A stretch of DNA of 64,000 nucleotides from the human T2T-CHM13v2.0 reference genome, Homo sapiens. The DNA is taken from assembly GCF_009914755.1 (NCBI RefSeq), contig NC_060926.1. One strand, given 5' to 3'. The notes beneath the pieces were generated by a model, which saw nothing but the letters and a program-made list of their open reading frames with translations, made no database searches and was not told the origin of the DNA. Position 1 is the stretch's first letter; each line of letters opens with the position of its first letter. The position numbers and the translations under genes are program-made. This document shows positions 28,115 to 45,752 of this stretch, in pieces.

Positions 28115-28315
28115 AAATAACATTTTTTTGAGTGCCTACTTTGTCTAAGGCTTTTGGCTAAGGGTATTGCCTGTGATTTCCTTTAATCTTTTAAGCAACC
28201 CTATGCCTTAGATGCAATTGATTTCATTTTACAGATGAGGACACTGAGTCAGAGAGGCTAAATCACTTACACAAGGTTACATTACAAATAAAAGTCAGGA
28301 TTGAAACGCAGGTGC
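28115..28315 (-). mobile_element. MIR element
   Basis: TTGAGTGCCTACT...CATTTTACAGATGAGGACACTGAG...CAAGGTTACA. Confidence 0.85.
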
Positions 28316-28889
28316 CTCTTGCTGTTATATCATTCTGATACCCACTTTGATTGTAAACAAGGTGAGTGTCTCACCCTTCCACACTTTCAACACCAAGCAG
28401 AATGATAGGTTGATATAAAAGGAGAGAAAAAATCATTCACTGAGGTGCTCAAAATTGTTTCCATCTGTTGATTAGGGTTGGCAAGTGAGTAATCAAGTGG
28501 CACCCATAAGAGAACAATGGTTTTTTTTAAATAAATATCTGGTGCCTCCCAGAACAACTCTCAGGGCACTGGGCTGCTACAAAAGCATTCGAGCAGGAAG
28601 ATAAAGCCCCCGAATAAAGTCAGTGAGGAGATGGTCTCTAAAGACCCGGTGGAACCTATAAACCAGGATGCTCGTACTCATCTCTGGTTGACTCTGCACT
28701 TTAGGAAGGAAGGGAAATTGGGGGCAGAGGAATGTTGATTCCTAACCTCTGAGACCACACTAGTAAAACATATGGAACCGATAAGGAAATTATCATAGTC
28801 CCTAAAGAGTGGTTTTAAGAACTCAGAATTTCATTGCATTTGGGGACTAAAAACACAAAAAAGGAAGCATCTTAGGGTTTCATGTTTAT

Positions 28890-30401
<1,512 letters not shown>

Positions 30402-30406
<5 letters not shown>

Positions 30407-31245
30407 CAGGATACAAAATTAATATGTAAAAATTAGCATTTCATATACTATCAATGAATGATCTGAAAATCTAAAAAAAAATCTCATTTGCAATAGTATA
30501 AAAACTATTCAGAAATAAATTTAACCAAGGAGGTAAAAGATCTGTACACCGACCAGTATAAGACATTAATGAAGGAAATGAAGAAGACACAAATAAATGG
30601 AAAGATATCCTGTGTTCATGGATTGAAAGAACTAATAATGTTAAAATGTTCACATTACCCAATCCGTAGCAATCTACAGATTCAATGCTGTCCCTATCAA
30701 AATTCCAATGGCATTTTTCACAGAAATTTTCCTAAAATTCATATGGAACTAAAAGAGACCCCCCAAAGAGCCAAAGCAATCTTGAGCAAAAAGAACAAAG
30801 CTGGGAAGCATCACAATACCTGATTTCAAATTATACCACAAAGTTATAGTAAGCAAAATGGCATGGTACCAGCATAAAAATAGACTCATGGACAAATAGA
30901 AGAAAATAGAGAGCCGAGAAATCAATCTCTGCATTTATGGCCAATTGATCTTCAACAAGAACACCAATAAGACACAGTAGGGAGATGATAGTTTCTTCAA
31001 TAAATGTTGTTGGGAAAATCGGATATCCATGAAGAAGAATAAAACTGGAACTTTATCTCACACCATATAGAAAAATCAACTCAAAATTGATTAAAGACTT
31101 AGATGTAAGACCTGAAACAATAAACGACCAGAAGAAAAGATAGGGCAAACGCTTCTTGATATTAGTCTGGGCAATGATGTTTTGGATATGACCCCAAAAG
31201 CACAGGCAACAAAAGCAAAAATAGACAAGTAGGATAGCATCAAAC
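30402..31245 (+). mobile_element. Inverted L1 ORF2 segment (twin-priming 5' inversion of the same L1)
   Basis: Sense ORF2 from AGTTTCAGGATACAAAAT to GCATCAAAC; translation includes [12 protein letters not shown]. Confidence 0.88.
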
Positions 31246-31928
31246 ACATCTTGGGGGTTTTGACTGTTAAGATTGCCAAGAAGCTAACTAATGCCTAACT
31301 TTAAGGGTATCCCAAGAGCTGCATGATCACAGCACTCTGCACAGCTTTGACATGAGTCCTTGGATCTTTGTGCCATTTTTGAGTGGAAAGTTCAGGATGG
31401 AGGAGAAGGAAAAGTGCTGAGCTTTGAGGACAGAAAATCAGACAAGCTTCGTTTCTGCTTCCGCTTCTGCTTCTTATCTGTTCTGTGACCTTGAGTCTAT
31501 GACTACACTTCTTTGGGTCAATTTTCTCGTATTTAGAATGGGAATAATGAATAGTAACTACTCCTTAAAGTCAGCATGAGGATGAAATCAAATAAAGCGT
31601 GGGCAACATGAATTTAGGAAAAACCTGGGGCTCGGATTTAGCAAGACTGTCATGAAGAAAACCCCTCAGCTTTACCTACCCACTGAGGTAGAGGCCATAG
31701 CTTATCAGTTCTAAGACACCATGGGCTGTAAGATATGACATGGCTTTATGCATTACCAAGAATGAAAACCGAAACAAAAACAAAACAACCCTACCAATTA
31801 AACTCTGCATTTCATTGATTATAAGATACATCCCAACATTAAAAATGCTCAAATGGGGAAAATTAGCTTAAGAAAAAATTCATTTAAAAGTGAATGAACT
31901 GTAGTACTTGCTAAAAAGCTTCTAAGGC

Positions 31929-32239
<311 letters not shown>

Positions 32240-33339
32240 CTAAGGCAAGTAGCTATGGAGTGGTTTCCACAACAAAGGTTGTAATGAGCACATCTGATCA
32301 ACTGGGAGGGAAGGATGGGATGAGAGGTTGACAGAAATCGAATTGTAAGCCAGGGACTGGGCATGGGGTGGGGGGCTTTGGGAGCTCCTGCTATAAAGTG
32401 TATTTTAAGAGAAGAAAAAGTCAGAATCTGTAATGAACCTGAGGGTCAGAGGGATCTGCTAATTTTAAGAACAGCAACATCGTAGCTGTTTCTTGAATTC
32501 ACTCTGATCCAATCACTCTAGAGCAATGTGGGCATCCTTAGGAGGAAAGGATACAGGAGAAAAAGAGGAGCAGGCTCACCAACTCAGGGGCTTGGGGCTC
32601 AGCCATTTGCAGAGGACCCCCGATCAGGCTAATGCAGGCAAGAGGGTGATGTCTTCCATCTGCTTTCATGCTAGACTGCAGCCGCCAGGGACTCTTGAGG
32701 ATAGAGAGTGATGATGCTGCAGCCACTCGCTGTCCATCCGCAGGTCCCTAGCAGCAGTGGGCAGGAGCAGTAGAGGTGACTGATGACTGGCACTGCAGAG
32801 GCCAGGGTGCTTCAGGGAGCAGCAGCCAGAAGGGCATTCAGGCAGCAGCAGTTGGCAGCCTGAGGCAGCAGAGGGAAGCTGCGGCAGGGCTGATGCCTGA
32901 GTGCACAGGTGACACCTTCCGGGGCCTCCCTGCAATACCTGGCAGGAGGAAGAGACCTTGAAAGTAAGCTGGAAATCCTACCTATGCTGATGGGGCGAGG
33001 AACCAGAGAGCCCAGAGCGCTTAGGTTAATGGGATCTGATTTATATTCACAAGCGGCTGAGGCTTGGGATCCTTCCTGTAACCTTTTAGACGCCTATTGC
33101 TGAGTGAATACTAAGTTCCCTTTTCTTCCCTTCCTATCTCTAGAAGGCTTGTATTTGGGGACCTTATCCTAATTTATCAATGTGATATTAAGACTCAGTC
33201 CATCTATGATCATGTTTTTCCTAACCTTTATTAAGCAAAAATAGAGTCAAGTTGTATTTAAAAAGATCTCCCAAGGTGCCAATTCAAACAAAATGCATTC
33301 TTCCCAATGTTGCTTCTCTCAGCTCTGTAATAAGCCAAT

Positions 33340-33735
33340 GTGAATCCAAATGGATGAGGTTCTGGAAGGCATACCAGGCTCACTCTTGTCTCAGGGCTGG
33401 TGCACCTGCTTTCACCCTGTTGGTGGGAAGAACGTTCCAGGGAGTTTGTGTGTCTTATTCTTTTGAGTCTTTGTTCAAAGGTCACTTTCTTAGTGAGATC
33501 TACCAGACCACCTTAATTAAAATTGCAGCCGCCCACCAGCCCCACGTCCCTCCCGTGCGTGCTTTTATTCCCCATCATATTCATGACCACCGATGCACGT
33601 TTTAGTAATAATTTGTTTATTGTTTGCCTCCTGCAGTAGAAGGACAGAAATTTTTTTCAGTCCTGTTTATTCACATATCTCAGAGCCTGGAGGGGTGCCT
33701 GACATGTGAAAGCCCTCAAATATTTGTGTGAATGC
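33340..33735 (+). mobile_element. L2a 3' end
   Basis: TTCAAAGGTCACTTTCTTAGTGAG...GTGCCTGACATG...CTCAAATATTTG. Confidence 0.7.
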
Positions 33736-35162
33736 TATGAAAATGTTCCATCCTCATTAATATTTCTGCTATTTGACATTGGTTGGGCTGAAAGTGGGAT
33801 TTTATTTTCTTAGCATCTTTCTTAATATATCTAAGAATTCTTTCTTGCTACATTTAACTCTGGATAAAGGAAAAAGTATGCATAAAAGAATAAGAAAAAT
33901 GCCATATAGAAAGCAAATGAAGGCTCACAAAGCCAGCATGTGGCAACAAAACCAAAGGAAGATTATTCAGTCCCAGAAAGCTAAAGGCTCCATACCAAGT
34001 GATAATATAATGATAACAATAATAATAGTAATAGTGATAGCTGCTGGCGGGTACCACCTGCAATCCAGGGCTTCATTTTCCAGACATGTAATTAGTATCA
34101 TAGAATTGTCTTTCAGGAGCTTAGAATTCCTGTGACCTTATTGGGGCAGGGGGTGGGAAACTACATGGGAACTGACATGAAGATACATAATAACAGGAAG
34201 TAGGAGTGGCAAAAGGAAAAGGAGGAGGAGAAACAGAAGGAAAGTAAAAGGGAACAGGCCAGTATCCCCAGCTGCCCCCACCCCCTACCCACCCAGAACA
34301 CTCATTTCACGGTCTGCAATGTTTCTGCTCTCTGTTCCAGCATCAACCTCAGCTCAGGTGGGATTCTTTTCCTTTAATATGTCAAATGTTTAAAATCATC
34401 TGCAACATCTCTTTGGAGGAATTAATGACAAATAAGGCATCTTAAAAAATTGCTTAAGATACCTTTCTATAACGGTTTAAAAGTGTGAGTATCCCAGCTC
34501 AAGCATAGCCCTCAAAGCTTCTGAATACCACAGGATAAAGGAGCTCCCAGGGCTTCTTGGAGGAAAAACTGCATCAGCAGGTTTGGAAATTCAGCCTTAA
34601 GCCCCTGGTACAAAGGTGAACAGGGAATTAGGGGTGAAGTGAATCTGGGAACTCAGCCTCAGTGGTTTGTGGCACACATGAGCTCACAGTCACTCTGACT
34701 TCCTTCCAGCACATTGAGCAAAGCTGAAAGCATCCACTCACTTGGAGGAATATACCAGGAAGCTAGGCATGACAACTAAAATACCACCCTGTCCATTTTC
34801 AATCCAAATGAAACAACGGTCAGGATTTGGAACTGAGAAACCGCAGTGATGAATCAAAGAGCCAAGAGAGAAAGACTCTAAACTTCCGTTTAAAAAGGGT
34901 TTGTCCTCAGGAGGAGCAGAGTGACATAGATTAGTGCCACTGCTTTAGTTTCAGATGGAGAAATTATGCCAGGAGGGAGAATTGCTGTGATTTGCTTCCT
35001 ATTACACAGGTGGAGCAGAGTTTTTAATAATTACTGGCTGACAGCAGCTGTGTTTTTAACACCATAGCAACAATCAACTCCTAGTTTATTCTGAGTTGAT
35101 AAAATTATCCAGGCCACAAAGACATTATTAAAAATAAAAATGTCTGTTCCATGGATTTAAGG

Positions 35163-35356
35163 CAGCGCTTCTCAAATTTTACTGTGCTTTGGAGTCAACA
35201 GGGGCTGCCAACTAAAAATGCAGATGCCATAGACTTAACCCCTGAGATTCTAGATCATAGTATTTGAGAGCGAAGTCCCAGAAATCTGTACTGCTAACAA
35301 GCTCCCTAAATGACTCACAAGTGGGAAGTTCACGAACCATCCTTTGAGAGATACTG
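35163..35356. mobile_element. MER5-type hAT-Charlie MITE
   Basis: CAGCGCTTCTCAAA ... TTTGAGAGATACTG terminal inverted repeats, with internal AAAATGCAGAT and GAAATCTG..TAACAAGCTCCC. Confidence 0.75.
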
Positions 35357-35358
35357 CA

Positions 35359-35660
35359 AACCAGGTGTGGTGGCTCACGCCCGTAATCCTAGAACTTTGA
35401 GCGGTCGAGGCGGGAGCATCGCTTGAGCCCAGTAGTTCAAGACCAGCCGGGACAGCAAAATGAGACCCCGTCTCTACAAAAAACATTTTAAAAACTAGCC
35501 GGGAGTTGTGGCACGCACCTGTGGTCCCAGCTACTTGGGAGGCTGAGGCAGGAGGAGCGCTTGAGCCCAGGAGATCTAGGCTTCAGTAAGCCATGATCAT
35601 ATCACTGCACTCCAGCCCGGGTGACAGAGTGAGACCGTGTCTCAAAAAATGAGAGAAAAA
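35359..35660 (+). mobile_element. AluJ element
   Basis: J diagnostics (CGCTTGAGCCCAG in both arms, GTGGTCCCAG) and TSD GAGATACTGCA. Confidence 0.9.
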
Positions 35661-35744
35661 GCGAGATACTGCATTAGATCATGCCTAAGAGTTGAGTTGT
35701 TAGTCTAGTGCCTTCCCCAAGCGGCACGAAGGACAGACTCCAGA

Positions 35745-36057
35745 TCTGCACTGGCTACTATGGAAGCCACCAGTCACATGTGGCTACTGAGCACCAGGAA
35801 CATCCACACTGAGATGTGCCGTAAGTATAAAACACACTGGATTGCAAAATCAGTATATATATTAGAAACAGTGCAAAATATCTCATTTAAAATGTTTATA
35901 TTCATTATATTTGAAATAATAATATTCTGGCTATAGTGTGCTACATAAAATATATTACTAAAGTTAATTTTACTGGTTTCTTTTTACATTTTAAAGTAGC
36001 TGCTAGAAGATCTACAGTTACATATAAGACTCGCACTATATTTTAGAGCTACTCTAG
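35745..36057 (+). mobile_element. MER33-like hAT-Charlie element
   Basis: AGCCACCAGTCACATGTGGCTACTGAGCAC...GAGATGTGCCGTAAGTATAAAACACACTGGATT...TAAAATATATTACTAAAGTTAATTT. Confidence 0.75.
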
Positions 36058-36181
36058 ATACAGGTGTTTCTGGTTATAGAACAGCTCATAAAAACTTTCC
36101 AGACAAGAAGTATTTCCAGTTTTATTCTCCTTTGTCTTATCTATACCCTTAAAAGAAATGGAGGCTAGTCTAGCCTGACAG

Positions 36182-36440
36182 CAGAGGTTGAAAACAGGTA
36201 GCTTTTTAGATCAATAAAGCCTATAGAGATGTTTCACCTGCAAAATGTTGGCCTACGCAACGTGTTCCAAAAATCTCTTCAACATTTAAAAAAACTACAT
36301 AGTTTAATACATCTTTTTTATTTCTAGCATCTGCTGAAAAAATCAGAAGATTCAGCAATACTGAGCCCACCACCCCAAATGAAAAAAATTCTCCTGGCTC
36401 CAGGATGAAGTAACTGCTTCATCAGAAGCCCTTCAGAAGA
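36182..36440. mobile_element. MER102-like hAT fragment
   Basis: GAAAAAATCAGAAGATTCAGCAATACTGAGCCC motif. Boundaries are approximate. Confidence 0.45.
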
Positions 36441-37364
36441 ACACACAGGTATGAGCAAAATATTCAAATTCTGTCATTAAACTTTCATCATAAAAGAACC
36501 ACAGCTTTCTATGTATCTTTCCATTTTATTGTCATTGTTCTATTTGTTTTCATGAAAGTATGTTGGTCAAGGTAGGAGGTAGGAGGATAGAATATATGTT
36601 ATCTTGTACTTTGTTGGCTTGATTTATAACTTTGCAATATTTAGACATAGGATAGATGGACTTTTGTTTCTACTCTTGATGCAGACCCAGTAAAGTTAGG
36701 AGCAAGCCTAGTGCCGAGCACCTAAATGAAGATCAATAAATACTTGTTGACTGACTGGTGTAGAACTGGAACAAGGGCAAGAGGATTTTTAAAAAATGAT
36801 GTTTAAGAATATTGAATTCCTGTACACCCCCTTGCTTAATTGTCAGCTTGAGTCTCAGGGTAATGTCAGTGAAATTCCCTGGCTGGGATGAACGGGGCAG
36901 CTGGCTGGTTGTGAGACAACAGGTAATGTCTCATTCATGCTAGCAAAAATCACGTGACTACATCCCCCATGTCAAACCTCCCTAGTTGGGGGTCTCATTG
37001 CCAAGCCTATGGAATTCTGCCTACCACTTTAAGAAGTTGCTTATTTGAGTGTACTCATTATTTTTTATTTCACACTAATAAACTTAGGAAGCTCCTGGCC
37101 CTGTTGACTCGAGAGAATGTCAAAACTGACTGTGTTTTTTGAAATCCTTCTCTCTATAAATCACAATAGGAAACTCTGTATTATCATTTGATAGTTAACA
37201 AATATGTATTTAGTGAATATGCTGTGTTGCGTGTTGTATTAGGCTCCATGCAAGGGATTGGGAAATAGAAAATATGATAAAGCAGGAGAACTAGCATTTT
37301 GGAAGATCTTCTTATCATTCTCCTTTGTGGGGGAGGACCACTGAATCAAACTATGCAGTGACAT

Positions 37365-37650
37365 ACAGCCATTTACATTTATCATCACCCTCACCATTCT
37401 GTGGTTCTGCTGGGGCAGCTCTGTCTCGACCGTGGGACTGAGTCAGCTGGGGTGGCTCTGATCCACAGGGGTTCATTCTGGGGTCCAGGCTGAAGGAGCA
37501 GCCGCTTCTCATGACCCATTCTTCTCATGGCAATGATAGGGAGAGAGAGAGCCAGGCCCACCATGCAGGCTGACTTTAAGCCTTTGCTTGTGTCACTCCT
37601 GTTGATAGGCCATTGGCCAAAGCAGATTGCATGGCCAAGCCCACGTTGGG
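37365..37650 (-). mobile_element. Old MLT1 LTR fragment
   Basis: TCATTCTGGGGTCCAGGCTGAAGGAGCAGC...CCATTGGCCAAAGCA...ATGGCCAAGCCCA. Confidence 0.65.
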
Positions 37651-37853
37651 ATGAAAAGAAAAGTGAATGTTTGCAGAAATTAAATCCAAATGATCCCAAC
37701 TCCCCTAGAGTGAGTCCCGGGGTGTGCAGGGCACTCCATCTCCCACTTCAGAGGTTAAAGAGGCAAGACATCTCTTCTCTCTGGACCCTGCCCTGGCTTG
37801 GCCAACTGAACAATTCAGAAGTAATGACTCAAAGAGGTAAGAGAGATCACTCA

Positions 37854-38195
<342 letters not shown>

Positions 38196-38509
38196 TCATG
38201 TCCTGTCATAGCAGCTTTCTCAGCAGATTATCCCTGGGGCAGGGCCTTGGCTATGTTCTCCTTTGCCTAATATTCCCTAGGCCCATCTGGTTTTCTGAGC
38301 CTGGTTCTGCAGCCTTCAAAATAATTCTAGTATTGATCCAGTTAACTGCTTACTCCTTGCTAGGCAGAGATAGTTTTTGTTATTTGTCACCAAGACAGTT
38401 TACTGGTGTCAGTGGGCACAATATTTTGCCCTTGAAAAATATTCTGTAGATTGAAGAACTAACATTCTCAAATAAAACTCTTGTACATGTATCATGCAAT
38501 AGTTCAGGA

Positions 38510-39390
38510 AGTGAGAGTAGGAGACTTAGGATCTCATAGCTATGATCTCAAATCTGAACTTTGGCAGTTCTTGCTACACGACCTTTTGTATATGATTTAA
38601 CTTCTCCAAGCTTTTGTTTCCTTGCCTGTAAATAGAAACAACACTACTTACCTCACCAGGTCTCTACACAATAACAGCATGCTTAAATCTCCTAGCATAG
38701 CACCTAGCATGGTATAGATCTTTAATAACTAGTATTTGTGACTTTTATTGTGGTAAGGGGTTGTTGAAGGCAGATCCTGAAGGCATCCTGAAGGAAGGGA
38801 ACTTTGGGTAAAGTCTTAAAAAAAAGTGGAGTCACAGACTGATGAAAGGAAGTAGAGGAGCATTCCAGAAAAAAATATGTGTGTAAAAGTCAGAGTAGAA
38901 TGGCAGGACTGGACATGCTGTATGTGAAAGATATGAAGGAGACTGGCATGGCTATTTAGAGGTGGTGTATCTGCATGGGAAAGAAAAAAGGCTGCAAAGC
39001 AAGAGAGGATCCAATGCTAGATGGAGGCCTCTGAATAGGAGACAACGTTTAAATGTGATGATGTGGTCATAGTGAGCCCTTACGGGTTTTTAGGCTGGTG
39101 GAGAATGCATATATGTGCAGAAGGAGAGTTTATACCTATTTTACAAATATTCTGGGGGTTGTGTGGGATGGCTTAGGATGGAAATGGAGTCCAGTTAGAA
39201 AGCAATGGCTGTAAATCTGATGCAGGGTGATGAAAATCTGGACTTGGGTAGTGGCTGTGGAAGTAGAACTCTACGAACAAACCAATCTGAGGAATACAGG
39301 AGGCCCAGTGACTGTTTGGAAGCAAGGATGGGAGGAATGTGGGGTCACTGCTTCATTTGGAAAGTGACTGAATTAATAGAGAGAATAAAT
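38510..39390. mobile_element. MIR (+) followed by a degenerate L2 (-)
   Basis: MIR core and tail motifs to about 38740, then purine-rich antisense L2 motifs. Confidence 0.55.
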
Positions 39391-39397
39391 AATTGCT

Positions 39398-40530
<1,133 letters not shown>

Positions 40531-40660
40531 ATAGTGAGATTTTTGCCACGTCCTGTGATTTACGCTAAGACCATCTCCACAAAATGCCATTTTTGATAGC
40601 TCTTTAGGATATAATTGACACTATGTGAATCAGAATATTCTGAGGTTTCCAAGGTTTTAA

Positions 40661-41155
<495 letters not shown>

Positions 41156-42099
41156 TTATAAAGAACCCCAAATAGAGTTCTTTATAAAAGTTAATTAATT
41201 TAACTTTATTTGAACCTTCTCCCAAATGGAGCTTGGTACTTCCAAATTAGCAATATAGAAATAAACTACACAAGTATATTTTTGAGTAGCTGTAAATTAA
41301 AGGGGTTAGACTAAATTATTTCAGAACTTTTCTTTCAGCTTTACCATTCCATGATTCTAACATCGTTGGTTGGTAACTGAGAGGGGATGTGAACACAAGA
41401 ATGCTAACTTAAGCCCCCTTCCTTGGTCAAGATGCCATTCTTCTCTGATGAAGTAACATTTGCAAAATAAATCTTAACTGGTCCCTTGGAGCCTGAGAAC
41501 TCTGGAAATGTAAGAACTACTTCATGGAAGGAAAGGCTCAGAAACTAACGTATGCACTTATGAGAGTGGTCATAGTCATTATTTTGTGGATGACCTGTAC
41601 TTATAGATAAAAGTCATGGTTTAAAAATGCAAAACAGATGGTGGTTAGGCAGTGGGGTGAAATTATTCCTTGGAAACCATGGGATTTGGACTGAGACATT
41701 TTTGAAAAGTCCAAAATGTTAACGGAAACTTCAACATTAGGTTAAGGAGAAGTATGCAGAAAATATTATCCATTTGCACTCTGCTTCCATCTAGCTATTA
41801 GAATGGGATCGAATAAACCTGAAAATAGAATCAGGAGGAAATAGAAGCCTGTATAGTGCTATGAGTTGGAGATAAAATGAGTTTCAGAATCATGGAAAAG
41901 TTTGTGTGCCTTCAAAGCTAGAGTTGTTCTGCTTTCAATACATTTCAGGTTTTCTGCTGGAACTATTTGAGAGAGAAGGGCTAAAGAGAATGAGTTGTTG
42001 GAATTTGAATTTGCTGCATGTTTTCTGCTTAGCACTTTCCTAAGATCTTTGGGTGATTTGAACCCTGAGCTAAAGGAGCTTAAAACTATTCCTATATGA

Positions 42100-42752
<653 letters not shown>

Positions 42753-43317
42753 TGATATGAACTATGTGTTATAGGAAGTCAGAGTACAGTGATCAATCCA
42801 GGTCAGAGAAATCAGGCTCAGGAAGTGCATTCAGGACAAGGTTACCAGACATGGACATGAAAAATGAATGGAATTCAGGGAAGGGATGTGGAGAAAAGAG
42901 GGCAGGACTTGGAGGAGTAAAGATTTGGTATTAGGGATGGTCATGATGTGACCAGGGGTATAGAAAATAGTCTCAGACAGGGGTGGAATGTCTCATCAAA
43001 AGTGAGAAGGCTATAGTGCTAATGACCTCAGGGGTGATATCTCATTGGGCTTTGAATGTGAAATGTAAAAGCTCTTGTTATTCAAAGACTAAAGTAGCAA
43101 GGAACCGTTTGCTGGATATCCACCCTAAAAAGGACAAAGACTGTAGAGAGATGAATAACCTAGAAATAATCTGCATTACAAATATTTTACAAGTCCAGTT
43201 TCAACTCTTGCCTTTGTCTAATTCCTTGATAAATTCATGCTGTTACAGCATATGCTTTGGAAGAATCACAGAACAGAATGTAAAAATTAAAAAAAAAAAA
43301 CCTTAAAGTCATCAAAT

Positions 43318-43440
43318 TAATTCTTCTTATTATATATGGGAGAACTGAAGAGTCAAAGTAAATAAGTGACTTGCTCAAGGTCACAGAGCTGGTAAGTGGT
43401 AGGGGCCAGGTCTCTAAGACCTTGGCTTCTGTGCCACAGA
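43318..43440 (-). mobile_element. MIR fragment
   Basis: AAGTGACTTGCTCAAGGTCACAGAGCTGGTAAGTGG. Confidence 0.8.
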
Positions 43441-43569
43441 AAATGCATTGTTTAAGCTTCAACCCTGATTTGCAGACATCCTGATCTTGCCAGGTGTGGT
43501 CAAGGATTTGTTCGATTTCTTTCTAATATCTTGGTGGGCAAAATATCATTGTATATAAAATATCCTAGA

Positions 43570-43720
43570 ACCCTGTCCCTCAAAGTATGGTTCATAAAAC
43601 AACTGCATCCCAATCTCCAAAATATTATGTAACGATTGCTGGAGTTAGAGCTGAAGAATCTGCATCTTAATCAAGAATCTGGGTGATTTTATATGTTGAA
43701 GTTTGAGAATCACTGTTCTA
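43570..43720. mobile_element. MER5-type MITE
   Basis: TCCTCAAAGTATGG...GAATCTGCAT...AAGTTTGAGAATCACTG. Confidence 0.65.
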
Positions 43721-44691
43721 AAGCAAAATTGATTTCATCCACAATGTTTTGTTTTTGAGCCTCAGGTAGATCATATAGCAAAAATGATTTAAATAGTCAC
43801 CAGTTTGTTATTTATGTGGGTTGAAGAAGTAGGGATTCTGCATTTTTAGTGTTAATGCATAATACTCATGTATTTAATCACTGGAATCCTATGGGGGAGA
43901 ATATAAAAATGTGAATTATTTTTTACTCACACAGCTGCAGGCTGAAAGAGGACACATGTCTGAAATATGTGTGAGTGTGAGTGTGTGTATATATGTGCGT
44001 CTGTGTTTACATTATGGCATAGACCATACCCAGTGAAGAAATTGAATTGATAATCCGTGATCTCCGTGTATTCCACAAGTCCCTGATCCAGATGTTTTTA
44101 CAGGTGAGAGTTATCATATTTTCAAATAAGAGATAATCTTTGGCTTATATATGTTGTTTCAGAAAGAAAAAAGCTATCTAAATTTTATGGATTTAATATA
44201 ACTATGACTTGAAAATTGGATAAGAAAAGTACAAGAAAAGTAGAATCATTTCACTTATAAATAGATGCAAAGATCTTAAATAAAATGTTAATTAACCAAA
44301 TAGAATCAAATCCCCAAAATATATTATGATCAAGAGGCATTTATTCCGGGAGTAAAAAGATAGTTTAACATCAGAAATTCACCACATTAATAGACAAAGG
44401 AAGAAAAACCATTGATTATCTCAATAGCTATAGATAAAGCATTTTATATAGTTCAATATGGTGATAAAGCCTGATGACAGTGATTAATCCTGGGCAGAGG
44501 AATCAGGTTGGATTGGTGTGTGTGCGTTTATAGTGTATGTACAAATATAAATATGTTTATATAACGTATATTGATCAGACTTATTTACAATATAATCATT
44601 CAGTAAACCAGGACTAAAATGAAATATTCTTAATTTGATGAAGGCTACATACCAAAAACCTACAATAAACATTATATTAACAGAAACATCT

Positions 44692-44963
44692 GGCCAGATG
44701 CTGTGGCTTACACTTGCAATCCCAGCACTTTGGGAGGCTGAGGCTGGTGAATTGCCTGAGGTCCAGAGATCGAGACTAGCCTGGCCAACATGGTGAAACC
44801 CCGTCTCTACTAAAAACACAAAGGCAAGGTGGCGCACGCCTGTAATCCCAGCTACTTGGGAGGCTGAGGCATGGCAATTGCTTGAATCTGGGGGGCGGAG
44901 GTTGCAGTGAGCTGAGATGGCACCACTGCACACCAGCCTGGGCCACAGAGTGAGACACTGCTC

Positions 44964-44994
<31 letters not shown>

Positions 44995-45005
44995 AAGAAA
45001 GAAAA
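44692..45005 (+). mobile_element. AluS element
   Basis: Dimer with a small internal deletion, long A tail and GAAAMATCT TSD remnant. Confidence 0.93.
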
Positions 45006-45752
45006 ATCTCTGGGTTTATCCCAATTAATATTAGGTGCAAAATAAACATATCTATTATTCTCACTACTGGCTGACATAGTGCTAGATGTTCTGGCCAATT
45101 ATCTCAGCTAAGAAAAAAGAAAGTTTTTGAAAAGATGAGGTAAAATAATAATATTTTACTGATAATATGTTTGTCTCCATTGAAAATTCAATCAAATTGA
45201 ACTAATAAACTATTACAAGTGTTAAGAGTTCAGCAAAGTTGATGGGCATGAAATTATCTAACCAAATCAATAATGTTTCTACCAACAAGAGTAAATTAGA
45301 AAATATCATAAAAAATAAAATATTCACAGTAACATTAGAAGTTGATAAACTATGATGTGCAGGACAAATGTGGCCTGCTAAAATGAGGATTTATCAGAAC
45401 ACAGCCATGTCCATTTGCTTACATAAATGCAAGTAAGCGAGGAAGAAAACCATGTAGAAAAATGAACAAAGAAGATAAGTACTCAACTCACAGAAGGAGA
45501 GGCCCCGATTACTAATTAGTAAGGAAGGAGATGCTCAGATTACATTGGTAATCAGCTAGCTTTAATTTAAAATAGGAAAAAAATAATGCTAGGATGGCAA
45601 AAATTTTAAAATATGAGTAATAGCAAGTGTTGGTGAGGACATAGGGAGATAATTCATTGCTGAGGGGTGGGATGGCTATAAATTGGTACAGCCACTCTGC
45701 ACAACTGGTGGTATCTGCTGAATTAAAATATGTATATATCCTATAATCTAGT

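Noticed and set aside
30569-30823. L1 ORF2-like peptide as a CDS
   Set aside because: It is a frameshifted fragment of a dead, truncated L1.
44484-45098. Longest ORF (204 aa, minus strand)
   Set aside because: It reads through an antisense Alu and its poly-T (FFFF..., [11 protein letters not shown]) plus L1 sequence, a classic Alu-derived spurious ORF.
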